A stretch of DNA of 63,941 nt, the filler included, from Octopus bimaculoides (Eukaryota): the NCBI RefSeq assembly GCF_001194135.2. It is 3 parts of 2 records of this genome, joined end to end, with 100 filler letters (N's around TTAATTAATTAA, not from the genome) between each part and the next. Parts side by side here need not be neighbours in the genome. Positions count along the whole stretch, not along the records: positions 1 to 29,723 come from NC_068983.1; 2 more parts are not named here. The stretch is one strand, 5' to 3'. Below are positions 1 through 11,999 of the stretch, piece after piece. How positions within the stretch are numbered: position 1 is the stretch's first letter; the number at the start of each line of letters is the position of its first letter. Under the pieces are notes generated by a model, which saw nothing but the letters and a program-made list of their open reading frames with translations, was not told where the DNA came from and did no database searches. Position numbers and translations under genes: made by a program.

Positions 1-41
<41 letters not shown>

Positions 42-92
42 GAGAAACAGAGAGAGAGAGAGAGAGAGTGATAGGAAGAAAGAGAGAGAGAG
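1..92. repeat. (AT)n/(AG)n compound microsatellite
   Basis: Direct reading of the sequence. Confidence 0.95.
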
Positions 93-209
93 ATACACAC
101 ACTATTATTTAAAACGGAATTTCTAAGATTCAGCAACTAAAAGTCTTCCAATCTGGAAACGTAAACATTCAGTTAGATATGTATATTTCTATTGCCTAGA
201 TACATAGAT

Positions 210-560
210 TAACAACTTAGTATCTAATTGTCAATTCTGTTTGAAATTATAGCCTAAAGGAAAATTCTTTTAGGCGGGGATTGTATGTAAAATCACAGTA
301 TGCTTCGACTATACCGTCTTTTCTTATCAGATGCCGAGCTAAAGCTCTCCCTATAGATACAATATTCCGACAGTGTAATTCAATTATAAATATGCATTGT
401 TCCCGTTTACTACCATTTTGATGTTCAATATTGCCGTTTATTACGGACAAATGTCACATTTGGGAAAATGGTCTAGTTTGAAATAGCCAATTGTACTACT
501 CTCTATGTATTATCGAATGTGTAAAAGAATAGCTTTCTAATCCGAATGAAAATAGTTGAA
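210..560 (-). pseudogene. Decayed exon-like unit A, paralogue of unit B at 7979-8338
   Basis: Colinear nucleotide anchors shared with 8008-8228 at a constant offset of 7767 (ttgaaattatagc, aaaattcttt, gtcttttctt, tttactacca, aaatgtcacattt). Longest open frame reads ...IFIIELHCRNIVSIGRALARHLIRKDGIVEAYCDFTYNPRLKEF. Putative acceptor tttatttcag at ~561; the position matching B's donor reads TT rather than GT. Confidence 0.4.
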
Positions 561-700
561 CTGAAATAAAATCTCTTCTACTATTACAAAATGTATGATA
601 ATGTCAAGAATAAAGGATTTATAATCGAATTCTTTTCATTAAGAACATTATAAAGGAAGGGCTTGTAAAATATGAATACCTAATCCTAAATATAGCTGTA

Positions 701-1060
701 AGCGCAAGTGTCTGAGTGGTAAAAGGTTAACTTCACAACCACATCGATCCAGGCTCAATGCCACTGTGTAGTAACTCGGGAATGTGTCTTCTACTATAGG
801 CCTGGACTGAGTAAAATCTAATGGGTGGATTTGTGCATATAAAGGAAACTGAAAGAAGCTTGATATATCCATGTATGTGTGTGTGCATCTTTGTGCGTGC
901 GTTTAACCCATAGAACCGCTTGACAGCCGATGTTGTCTCGTGTGTCCCTTATACTTAGGGGTTCCGCAAAACGTATTGACAGAATAAGTACCACGTTTCA
1001 TAAATCAAACAAATATAAGTTGAGTGGTCGAAATGTCAGAATAAACACTTCGAGGCGGTT
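701..1060 (+). mobile_element. Degraded tRNA-derived SINE, family A
   Basis: Colinear with the intact copy at 60471-60948 (gtgtcttctactatag, ggaaactgaaagaagc, gcttgaca, agaataagtac). Confidence 0.75.
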
Positions 1061-1150
1061 ATCAATTACGGCAGCAATATAGTAAGTGAAGAAATGTAAT
1101 GATAAAAGATACACAAAGACACACACTCACACACATTTATAAATATAATA

Positions 1151-1200
1151 TACTAGCTGAGATACCCGGCATTGCTAGGGATTAAAATGGCATAGTTTGT
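1151..1200 (+). mobile_element. Helitron/Helentron-like 5' terminus fragment
   Basis: tactagctgagatacccggcattgctaggg matches the termini at 4252 and 5545; inserted in a TA-rich site. Confidence 0.5.
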
Positions 1201-1229
1201 ATATAATATATTACGGTTATGTTGAAACA

Positions 1230-1447
1230 GTTAATATAGGAAAATGTAGCTTTGACAACAAAACATAGGTGGAGTAAATGCTGGGCTAATTCCACTGAGC
1301 AACATGCTATGCGTCCATTTGGAGTATTTCAGGCCCTTATCTGTCATGGAATATTGAAGGTGGGGGTTATGTGATTTTTCAACGCACCGAAACTCCGTCA
1401 GTGGATATAATCTCCAGCAGTCGGCGCTGTCTAACAAGACAGATCAT
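1230..1447 (-). pseudogene. Decayed exon-like unit with FN3-like motif
   Basis: Acceptor aacatttcag at ~1448. Translation ...TPTFNIP*QIRA*NTPNGRIACCSVEL resembles the FN3 W-x-x-P...PNG-x-I motif but has several stops. Eye match only. Confidence 0.22.
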
Positions 1448-3822
1448 CTGAAATGTTCATACTTCTGTTAGGTTAGTTGTCCTACATCACTCATAAAGTA
1501 AATCTGGACGAACTGTGGTTGTTCATTTGCGGGTAACAGGGAACTAATAAGGTGATAGACTTGACCTTGAACGTTGAGGTCGTCGTAAATTCGTATTTAC
1601 CTATCTTCTTAGTTGCACCAAAAGATGTCATTTGAGACGCAGATTTGCATTGTCTGATATTGTTCAGATAATCTTTTGACTGCATAGAAGTGCCTTCTTG
1701 AAGATTCATAAGAGGTTGAGAAGGAGATGGTAGTGCTGGCATAATACCTAACCGCCTGAGCAGCACATACCATTTGTTTCATTTGAAAATTTTAAGGCTC
1801 TACTTAAACGAAAAGTTGTGTTTAGCACATCAATTTGGACAGAGTTATCATTTTTATAAGAATGGGAGGAATCATATCTGAAAACAGCTTCAGAAGTTTT
1901 GAAGAATGAATTTGTACGCAGTCTGTTTCTAAGAGCTATTCTACTGGGCCTTTGTCTAATCATTAAAACATTGATTTATTGATCCAGCATTAAGTGCTGC
2001 AACATGCATTTGCTGATCTTGGGAAAATCTCAGCTCTCTTCAGACTCTTGCCTTCGATTTTCTACGATCCCTTTGCTTTATACTTGTTTCCTGAGAGATT
2101 ACGTCTTTTCTTTGCTTCTCTTGCTCATTCCGTAAAAAAATATTTGGAGGGAGCAGAAATAAAAAGAAGAGAAAGCGAACAGAACAGAGAAGTGAAAGAT
2201 TGTGTACGTCTATATGAAATGGACGCATGTGTGTGCGAGTGTCAGCGTGTGTACGCGTGTGCGCGCGCGTGCGTACGCGTATGTTTGTGTGAGAGAAAGA
2301 GAGTGAAAAAGAGAGATAGACTGAGTGAGGGAATGTTTGTGTCGTCTTGATTGATGTCTTTTACGGTACACACATATATATGTGACGTCATCGCATAACA
2401 TGTTTACGATAGTTGATTTATGGAAAAGATAATGTTACATATTTTAAATGGTTATATGTGAATGAAATTTAACTTTAAATTGTAGCCGAAATAGTACTCA
2501 ATCATTTGATACCCCATATATTAAAATCTATAACTCGGAATGCATAAGGAATGTAAACACACACACACACACACACACACGCACATACACACACACAAAC
2601 ACACACACACACACACACAGATGTCATACTAATATATCCTTTTGTTATTTACACCACCTGTCCTCGTCTGTTGTTATTATTTGTATATTCTCCCATATAT
2701 ATANNNNNNNNNNNNNNNNNNNNNNNNNNNNNNNNNNNNNNNNNNNNNNNNNNNNNNNNNNNNNNNNNNNNNNNNNNNNNNNNNNNNNNNNNNNNNNNNN
2801 NNNNNNNNNNNNNNNNNNNNNNNNNNNNNNNNNNNNNNNNNNNNNNNNNNNNNNNNNNNNNNNNNNNNNNNNNNNNNNNNNNNNNNNNNNNNNNNNNNNN
2901 NNNNNNNNNNNNNNNNNNNNNNNNNNNNNNNNNNNNNNNNNNNNNNNNNNNNNNNNNNNNNNNNNNNNNNNNNNNNNNNNNNNNNNNNNNNNNNNNNNNN
3001 NNNNNNNNNNNNNNNNNNNNNNNNNNNNNNNNNNNNNNNNNNNNNNNNNNNNNNNNNNNNNNNNNNNNNNNNNNNNNNNNNNNNNNNNNNNNNNNNNNNN
3101 NNNNNNNNNNNNNNNNNNNNNNNNNNNNNNNNNNNNNNNNNNNNNNNNNNNNNNNNNNNNNNNNNNNNNNNNNNNNNNNNNNNNNNNNNNNNNNNNNNNN
3201 NNNNNNNNNNNNNNNNNNNNNNNNNNNNNNNNNNNNNNNNNNNNNNNNNNNNNNNNNNNNNNNNNNNNNNNNNNNNNNNNNNNNNNNNNNNNNNNNNNNN
3301 NNNNNNNNNNNNNNNNNNNNNNNNNNNNNNNNNNNNNNNNNNNNNNNNNNNNNNNNNNNNNNNNNNNNNNNNNNNNNNNNNNNNNNNNNNNNNNNNNNNN
3401 NNNNNNNNNNNNNNNNNNNNNNNNNNNNNNNNNNNNNNNNNNNNNNNNNNNNNNNNNNNNNNNNNNNNNNNNNNNNNNNNNNNNNNNNNNNNNNNNNNNN
3501 NNNNNNNNNNNNNNNNNNNNNNNNNNNNNNNNNNNNNNNNNNNNNNNNNNNNNNNNNNNNNNNNNNNNNNNNNNNNNNNNNNNNNNNNNNNNNNNNNNNN
3601 NNNNNNNNNNNNNNNNNNNNNNNNNNNNNNNNNTTCGTTAATTTCCGTGAATAAATGTTCTATTATTTTTTGGGGGCACGCCGTGTTCACCTCTATGTAT
3701 TTGTAGTGAATCATACACTCACATGTGTGTGAGTGAAGGGGTGTGTTGTGATGTCTACGTACATATATAAATACATATGCATACATCTTTTCTGTGTATA
3801 TCTGCACGTGTGTGTGTGAGAC

Positions 3823-3855
<33 letters not shown>

Positions 3856-4251
3856 TGTTTCAGTGACTCTCTCTCTCACACATACGTACAAGAAATGTAT
3901 GACTATTTATGTATGTACGTATAATTGTGGACACATCCCTTCTCTGGCTCTGTCTCTCTGTCTCTGTCTATGTCTCTCTCCCTCTCTGTCTCTGTCTCTG
4001 TCTCTCTCTGTGTGAGTGTGTGTCTGTCTCTGTCTCTCTCTCTCTCACACACACACAGCACACACTCGCACGCGCGCATACACACGTGTGTCTTCGTAAA
4101 TAGCTTTGTATATATATATTTATGTGTGTGTTTGTAAGAGACAGAGTGTGAGTGAGTCAAGGGGTGTGTTGTCATATGCATCCATCATTTTTGGATGTAT
4201 GTGTGCGTGTGTATGTGTGTGAGACAGAGTGAGAGAGCGGTGTGTATGTAG

Positions 4252-5015
4252 TACTAGCAGAGGCACCCGGCGTTGCTCGGGAATGAAAGTGTTGCTTATA
4301 TACTTGAACAAAAAAGGCAAAATATACTGTATAGAAATTTGAGAGGACATTCTGTAGATGGACATTCAGATGAATGATGGCTGGGCACCTCTCATGAATG
4401 GGGAAAATTGAAGATGTGCCAAAAAGCCTCATTGGTACTTGGACACTTTTACGAAAATTAAAATGGGGATTAAATGAAAAAATGATTTACGTGAATATCC
4501 TCACAAGAGTAATTGAAATAAATGGTGAGTGTGGAATCCCCCATGCACGCACGCACGCATGCGCCCGCGCATACACAGGTGTGTCTCTGTAAATATGTTT
4601 GTATACATTTATGTATGTGTGTGTTTGTAAGAGACAGAGTGTGAGTAAGTCAAGGGGTGTGTGTGTGTGCATGTGTATGTGTGTGAGACAGAGTTAGAGA
4701 GCGGTGTGTTTGTAGTATTTACTCTCTCTCTCTGTCAAACACACTCATACACACACTCACACACAAAATAGAGAGTGAAGCTTTTTGCCGTTGTTACGTC
4801 AATACCGGAAGTTGACATTGAGGAACCTTTTTGAAGCAGTGAATTTTAAATATAAAACAATATTATTTATTTTTAATTAAAAAAATCAAATGAAGAGCCT
4901 AAGATTTATCCAAGGTCAAATTATTCACGCATCACAAGTATGGAAGCATTTGGTGAAGTCGATTTCACGTGAAAAGCGATTACACACACATCTCTGTTTT
5001 ATATATAGTATAGAT
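4252..5015 (+). mobile_element. Non-autonomous Helitron/Helentron-like element
   Basis: 5' tACTAGC followed by a cccgg-N5-ctcggg subterminal inverted repeat, internal CA/GA microsatellites, and a 3' end ...ttttatatatagtatagat. Confidence 0.5.
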
Positions 5016-5029
5016 TTACTCTCCTTATC

Positions 5030-5050
5030 TCTCATACACATGCACACACA

Positions 5051-5100
<50 letters not shown>

Positions 5101-5545
5101 GATGTATGCATATTTATGCATGTACGTATACATGACAACAAACCTCTCTCTCTCTCTCTCTCTCTGTCACACACACACGCACACACTTCTATTTCATCTG
5201 ATGTGTGATACTCTGTGTGTTTGCGTGCGCGTGCGTATGTGTTTTCGTGCGAGCGTGAGGTGTTCCACAATCGCAATTTATTTCAATTACGCTTGTGAGG
5301 ATATTCACGTAAATCATTTTTTTCATTTAATCCACATTTTAATTTTCGTAAAAGTTTCCAAGTACGAATGAGGCTTTTTGTCGCATCTTCAATTTTCCAA
5401 TTCATGAGAGGTGCCCAGTTATCATTCATCTGAGAGTCCATCTACAGAATGTCCTCAGATTTCTATACAGCATATTTTGCTTTTTTCATTCCAGTATATA
5501 AGCAACAATTTCATTCCCGGGCAACGCCGGGTTGCTCTGCTAGTA
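5030..5545 (-). mobile_element. Second copy of the same Helitron-like element, opposite orientation
   Basis: 5235-5545 is the reverse complement of ~4252-4560 (e.g. gaggacattctgtagatggac vs gtccatctacagaatgtcctc; gggcacctctcatgaat vs attcatgagaggtgccc). Confidence 0.6.
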
Positions 5546-6429
5546 TAATATAAATTTGACATGGGTGACGTTGTATTCTTTCTTATCTTCAGGTTCACAG
5601 CCAAACGACTCGGTGGATTCGCGTGAAAAACTGCACACATAGATTGGAATGCGGTTTGTATTTTTTCTAGCCCCTATAGTTCCCGAGAAAATCGATTAAA
5701 AGAACATGCGTGGGTGCGTGGGTGTGTGCGTGAGTGTGTGTGTCACTGAGGCCATTCATACATATATACATACATACATACATACATACATACATAACCA
5801 CTCTCTCTCACTCTATCAATCACTCACTGCAAAAACTGAATGGAAAAAATCTTATTTATCTTTTTCTCTCTTTCTACCTCTCTCACATATACACCCACAT
5901 CACCAACATTGCTCTTTCTGTCCCTTCACACACACTCACAACTGCAATCCTATATACACCATACATTCTCTCTCGCGCACCCCATCAAACACACACGTAC
6001 ACATACTCACACACACATACACACTCACGCACGTCAATTCTTCCGTCTCACGCAACTTCAAAAGAACTTCACTCATACAACCGCGCTCTTCTGCCTCTTT
6101 CATTCTCACGCTAACTTCAAAAATAAACCCTTTTTCCCCAACCGCATATTAAAAAAATATTTTCAATTGTCCGGGCATTGCAATTACAGACAAATTCACA
6201 ACAATTCGACTCGAGAGACAAACACAAACCACCTCGTGTTGACTGCAAACTCCCGCCAAATTATCCACAAAAAACAAACACACATACAAGTCCATTTCAT
6301 ATATATTCTTTCAATTTCTGCTCTCTGATTAGATAAACGTCTAATACAATAACTCTTGGGTACATTGTGTTCTCTAAAAAGGTACGTGTCTATTTTTTCT
6401 ATAAGCGTATAACAATGACTTATTCCATA

Positions 6430-6490
6430 CTTCTTCACTAAGGTTTTATCTTCACTAAGGGTTTATCTTCATTAAGGGTTTATCTTCACT
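6430..6490. repeat. 18-bp tandem minisatellite (tcttcactaagggtttta), ~3.5 copies
   Basis: Direct reading. Confidence 0.85.
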
Positions 6491-6777
6491 TTTCTTAAAT
6501 TGGATACGTCTGCTATTAAGTTGCAGAACATTGGCAGTACAGTTTAAAAAATCATTTCTGCTTTACTTCTTACATACAATTTCCCCGTAAATTCTTACAG
6601 CTTCATTTTTTGGTGGTGATTGAAATGTCAAACATTTTCGAACTGTTAAAGAAATTCTTAACGTCAACTTCTTAATGCCTCTTCTTCTTTTCTCCCTAGC
6701 CCCCATACATACCGAGAAAATAGATTAAAACATTTTCTAATGTCTCAAGTAAATGTTTCCTAAGAAAATGTGTTCAC

Positions 6778-7118
6778 CTGAGAACTTGGGAATCTTAAGT
6801 CCTCATCAATGCAGGTATTTCGTTTGAAAGAAATCTTCCATTTGACAGTTTGTAGATAGATTTATTTGTCATAACATTGCACCTGTGCACCTCGTTCTCA
6901 TAAGTAGAATCTATTTCCATTGGAACATCCTCCCTATATTTGTAATTTCATTTTTGTTCTATACTTGGGATGCCTGTATAAAAGATATAATATATGTTTG
7001 GTAATTGATATGTAACAAGTTGTTGGCCTGTTTACCAAGCGTGTTCGTATTTGGGGCTAAGGCATCAATATCGGTAGTATCTATGCTAATTCGAGAAGAC
7101 CTATCAAGAGGTTGTTTT
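6778..7118 (-). pseudogene. Two in-phase exon-like units (7036-7118 and 6778-6973) resembling a receptor juxtamembrane segment
   Basis: GT-AG 62-nt intron (6974-7035) with matching phase. Joined peptide RKQPLDRSSRISIDTTDIDALAPNTNTLGIPSIEQK*NYKYREDVPMEIDSTYENEVHRCNVMTNKSIYKLSNGRFLSNEIPALMRT*DSQVL has two in-frame stops. Confidence 0.3.
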
Positions 7119-7978
7119 CTATATACTTAACAGGCTGTTTTCTATAATGTAGTATTTCAACAGTGGAATTTAAAATTATATTCAGAATATATATTGAGAA
7201 ACTAGTAAATCGATTATAAACTTTCTGATTTTTATTCTAATTACAGGTGACCACAGATGCGTCAACATTCTCCTTGTAGAATGTAAAATATTAGTATCTT
7301 TTCTTTTTAGATATTCTATTGTGTTTGTGGCGTGCGAGGTAACTTTTACCCTACCGTTCATATAAGTCTTTGGGAATCGACTTTTGTCATTGGGAAGGGA
7401 AAATTACAAAAGAAGACATGATGCTTTCTAAGTTGTTTTACTACTTCAGTTAGATTAACCCTTCTCAGTGCATTGGGTGTGTGTGTATGTGTGTGCGTGT
7501 GCGTGTGTTTCTGCATATGTGTATGTTAAATTTACAATTAGCATGTAATCATGCTTGTATATTAACTTCCTCTTTTAACACACTGCGAGAAATTATATGC
7601 AGATTTGATCTCAATATATTTTTATTTCACTTAAATATTAATTGAATACTTTCGTAGGGTTATATTATTACAATGTCTTGTATTATATATTACATTTCAT
7701 TATTACATGCAAAGAATTCATAACTTTAATATGAAGACCATTCAGTTTAGATAATTTTGTGAAGTTAATAAATATATACTGGACTTAGATATCATGTATA
7801 ATCCTATTTCCAATCTAATGTTACCGACAATGCTGGCATTGTTTTCTATCAGTGCAAAAGCCCTTATATTTATGATTTTAAAGTGTAATTTCAATTATGT
7901 AGACTGTATAAAATGCCCACGCGTTTGATGAACAAAGCCATTGAATATATATTTGCATTTCCCATATCTATAGCTTAC

Positions 7979-8338
7979 CGATTTTCTATATAATTGCCTA
8001 TTCGATTTTGAAATTATAGCTTGGAGTAAAAATTCTTTAGAAATAGAATTGTACGTAAATTTATTATATGCTGATGCGTATAATGTCTTTTCTTCGAGGA
8101 TGCGAAGTTAAATCCTTCTCTTTACATATAAGAGTTGGTTGGTGTAATTGAATTATAAGTATCTATTGTTAGTTTTACTACCAATTTTCAATTGAACTGA
8201 TGTGCGTTTTGTATGAAATGTCACATTTCGTTATAGTTGCGAATCTTATGATTAAAGTAATAACTATCTCCATAGAAAATGACTTGGATTAAAGGCTTCT
8301 ATTCTCACAGAAGTTAACTCTAATATGGTATAGTCAAT
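7979..8338 (-). pseudogene. Decayed exon-like unit B, paralogue of unit A
   Basis: Acceptor ttgggtttacag and donor tcg|GTAAGC bracket ~360 nt. Pieces read ILIIQLH and ASAYNKFTYNSISKEF, matching unit A. Multiple stops and frameshifts. Confidence 0.4.
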
Positions 8339-8683
8339 CTGTAAACCCAAAATCTTATAACAATGTTTTACACAGTAAGTGTTCAGTAAATTTAATAGAA
8401 TTAAAAGAAAAAGAATCTCTGTTATATTCTTATGATTTGTTGAATATAGCCTTCAATATTTTTCGAGTGTTATAGCACAGATGAAATTTTTATAAATTGT
8501 TGTCTAATTTTCACAATGGTAAATATTCCGTGCAAATTTTAAGGAATTTAAGCAATATAAGAAATTAATTCATTATAATTATTCTTGGGTCAAATGTATA
8601 AATCAGCTTCTGCTTACTATTTTTTAATTGGTATGATATTAAACGACTTTGTTAAGTACACATTTTCCAAAACAATTTAGTTT

Positions 8684-8818
8684 TTTACTCTCTTTACTCC
8701 TTTACTTGTTTCAATTCTTTGACTGTGGCCATGCTGGAGCACCGCCTTTAGTCGAGCAAATCGACTCCAGGACTTATTCTTTGTAAGCCTAGTACTTATT
8801 CTATTAGCCTCTTTTGCT
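8684..8818 (-). mobile_element. SINE family A, 3' portion
   Basis: Near-identical to the reverse complement of 60820-60948 (gactgtggccatgctggagcaccgcctttagtcgagcaaatcgac). Confidence 0.9.
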
Positions 8819-9476
8819 TACATTTACTTACATTTTCGTAAAATAATGATTTCATTCGAATATATGGAACTGTCTCATGATTAACACGCTAGCAGTACAT
8901 GTAACGGCTGGTATGACAACATGAAGCTTCCAACTGAATTGTTTATTCGGATTCTATTCTAGGTAGCACGAAATTAACAGTGCTAAAGTTAATTGTACTA
9001 TAACGAATAGTATAAAAAGTAATAACATGCTTTAAGAAATTTAAGTGCCAAATATAAGATTACAATATTAAATTGCATATTAATAGGAGAGACCATAGTG
9101 AAATTATATAAAGAGGTACAAACCTAAGAAAATCAAAGGAAAGAAATATAATCATAAGTCACTAAGAGACAGTAATACACATTGACGAAAATAACACGCA
9201 AACAAGCAAAACAGTTACAATTAACGCTGGTACTAATAAGCAATGGTCTCCTTCAATAAAAGTGTTAATCTCTTTCCTATGTTACCAATACTATCTTCAC
9301 AGTGGATATCTATACATCCATCCATCTTATTTGTTGTCCACTCAACCTCGTGGATGACATCTAGGAATTATTTTACAGCCTCTTTCGCTGCAAGGATTCG
9401 TGCTAATCTTCCATTTTACGTGTTCAGTGTCAAGCCAAGTTATTAGAGTTAATGCACATGATTCATATCATCATAC

Positions 9477-9619
9477 CTACTCGTGTGGATCTGAAGACCA
9501 GTAAGAGAGAAATAGAATAGCTGATTTGGATTTCTGGTATTACTTATTCGAATATTCCCACTCAATGTTAAAACACTCCAAACTATGACACCTCTTGAAC
9601 ATCTTATGCAGCAAATAAG
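9477..9619 (-). pseudogene. Decayed exon-like unit with FN3-like N-terminal half
   Basis: Strong acceptor ctactttcatttatatcag and donor ag|GTATGA. Reads YLLHKMFKRCHSLECFNIEWEYSNK* with an internal stop. Confidence 0.22.
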
Positions 9620-10149
9620 CTGATATAAATGAAAGTAGATAGGTAGACATTAACTTCGTTCTTTCGTTGCACACGATAAACATCTTAAACAATTCACACC
9701 TGATATAAAGCAATACACTCCACCTGGAATATCACTTTCATGATCATGATTGACTTAGAAATAGGTCGAACAATGCTACAAGCAATATTTATACTAAGGG
9801 TATGAAGCATCGTATAACACTTAAGTATTCTACTCATACTGTCTTTGCAAAGTAATCAGGATATTTGCCGGTATAATGAATTCTCTTAAGAAATCCCGCG
9901 ATTGGCTAGATGAAGTATTTCATTGAATAGCATGACAAATCTCAACCGAAGTTAAGTTAAATTATAACTAGACTGATGAAATAACACACATTTTCCAATG
10001 ACTCAAATTAACAAGGAGAGCTGGCAGTCACCGTCCTAAATTTTGAGATGATAATCATGGGTGCTTTCACTCCAGAGTGTATAAAAATGTAACTACATGA
10101 ACTGGAATATCAATGTAAATCCGTTCCTTGTAAATAATGTACATAATTC

Positions 10150-10410
10150 TTCATCTCAAAAATATAGAATTGAGTATTTTCTGTTCAACAGACCACTTTC
10201 TATTCAACGACAAGGGAGATGGCCATCATGTGGGAAGCGGGGGCATCAAATCGGCTAGCTGATTTCATATACAATTAATCCTCATAGATGGCGCTACGCC
10301 ATTGCCTGAGGGCAAGCTAAATCGACTTGCCAGTTTATAGAATATATGATAGGAAGCAATGGCTGATTCCTAAGGTGTATTCTACAAATTGACAAGTCGA
10401 TTTACCTTAC
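10150..10410 (-). pseudogene. Decayed exon-like unit with FN3-like motifs
   Basis: Acceptor ttacctatag. Reads GKVNRLVNL*NTP*ESAIASYHIFYKLAS...; after a shift in a C-run it reads DLMPASHMMAISLVVE. Eye match only. Confidence 0.22.
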
Positions 10411-10461
10411 CTATAGGTAATTTTAAATCAAATAATTTTATATGTATATGCGAAAATATCC

Positions 10462-10668
10462 TTTTTTCAGTTTCCGTCTACTACATCTACTCACAAGGCT
10501 TTGGCACCAGACGGTCAGTTCTGTTTCGTATTCTGATGATACCTCCTGTTGCTGATTGGCAAAATGATCATGGAGTGACATGGTTTAATCTCAAAACGAA
10601 GTGAGTTGGAAGAAATTTCGCAAAGCATTTTGTCCAAGTTTCTAACGCCTTTGCCAGCTCATCTCCTC
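10462..10668 (-). mobile_element. Adjacent degraded fragments of SINE family A (10462-10515) and family B (10570-10668)
   Basis: cagtttccgtctactacatctactcacaaggctttgg matches family A; gcattttgtccaagtttctaacgcctttgccagctc matches the family B head. Confidence 0.6.
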
Positions 10669-10694
10669 ATATAGTAATAATAATAACAACAACA

Positions 10695-11260
10695 ACATGA
10701 AGAAGCATTTCACAACAATAAACTACAGAATCAATCCCATGAATTCGGTATAGGTATTAATGCTGAAAAATGAGACAAATAGCACTATACCGGCAGCGAA
10801 AAACCAAGCTTTGAATATGAATTGGAGGGTTAGCCTTTGGAAGGAGCAAGTGTCTCTTTTGGGACGCATCTATAAAGCATTGGACGAAACCATTGTCGAT
10901 ATCGCGAATAAATGCCCTAGACTTCACCAAAACCAGTACGAGTTATGGCGACACGATGACGTGGCGAAAGAGCTGCGTTGTAAACTGCGAAAAGTGTCGT
11001 GTACAAATAGATAAGACGTGAAATGAGCACAGACCGCCGAGAGTGGGGAACTCGGAGACTTGCAACATTCTCTACAATTTCACAATAAAGACCGATCACT
11101 TGAGCTGCGAACAGTAGGCCTAGATACAGACAAGTGGCTTGACATTGAAGCTGAATGCCCAGAAGAGCTCCTACAAGAAGTGTATGTGTTAGGGAGACGA
11201 CCGATTACCAGGAGGCTATTAAACACTTGAAAAGCCGATTAAAACTTGTACATACCTAAG
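10695..11260 (+). mobile_element. R4/Dong-clade non-LTR retrotransposon relic (C-terminal zinc knuckle to REL region)
   Basis: PAAKNQALNMNW...LGRIYKALDETIVDIANKCPRLHQNQYELWRHDDVAKEL follows the R4-type AAQDQAL...CRxC..ETIxHI.SxC..LAQ..YKxRHDxVA pattern. Stops and frameshifts present. Confidence 0.75.
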
Positions 11261-11348
11261 GTTATATTTAGTAGAATGCTATCCACATAATCCCTACCAG
11301 TAATAAGACAAAACCCGAGACAAACCAACATAATAATAATGAAGAAAC

Positions 11349-11880
11349 AGGCTCTGGCTCTCGGGGCTTCTGATCTTAAATGATGGGAAGTGTTATCATG
11401 TACGTTGGTTTCTCTTGGTATAAAACAGAAGCTACAGCAAATATTATGCTTAATACTACAGATTTGCTTCTGAATTGTTTGTCCTTAACCAGTTAAGCAT
11501 GTCACATATTGGCTGACGATATGTAGATGCCTAATCACGTGCAGAAGTAGTGGTGGAGCATCATAGAAACCCTGTGTTGAGACGAGTCCTTTGGAGTTTG
11601 AATCATTCACATCCATAAACATGGGTGTTTAGTTCAACATCCTTAAGCAACCCTCATTCAAGGACCATTTGAGAGAGATATGTTACTCGACCTGAAGAAA
11701 ATGTTAAGCGGGCCCCATCTGCAAGGCCATGCACTGTCTATGTTGATATTAGATCACCACACCGAGCATTTATGGTTGTGATGCATGTACCTGGCGTAAC
11801 CTTATCAGGCCGGTTGACATGATCGTATGTTAGTCTTCGTATATTTTACGCCATTGTTGCTTGATGCTCTCTGACTCACT
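11349..11880. mobile_element. Unclassified ~520-bp (AAT)n-flanked element, family D, copy 1
   Basis: Colinear with copies at 12968, 33468 and 48048 (tggctctc..ggcttctgatcttaa; gacctgaagaaaat; ccttatcag..gg; ctctc..actc then aataat). Confidence 0.85.
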
Positions 11881-11999
11881 AATAATAATAATAATAATAG
11901 TAATAATAATAATAATGATGATGATGATAGAAATGAGAACGGAGTGAATTAGGCTAGAACAACTTGTGAAGGTCTTTCGCATGTAAGAATTTTGGACCC

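Noticed and set aside
7230-7400. Open frame on the minus strand (RFPKTYMNGRVKVTSH...) resembling a PTP catalytic segment
   Set aside because: Wrong position relative to the juxtamembrane-like exons, no splice support on that strand, and the antisense frame is also open.
11349-11880. Hammerhead ribozyme core in family D (CTGATAAG, CTGAAGA, CTGACGA)
   Set aside because: No appropriately placed GAAA and stem II/III could be built by hand.
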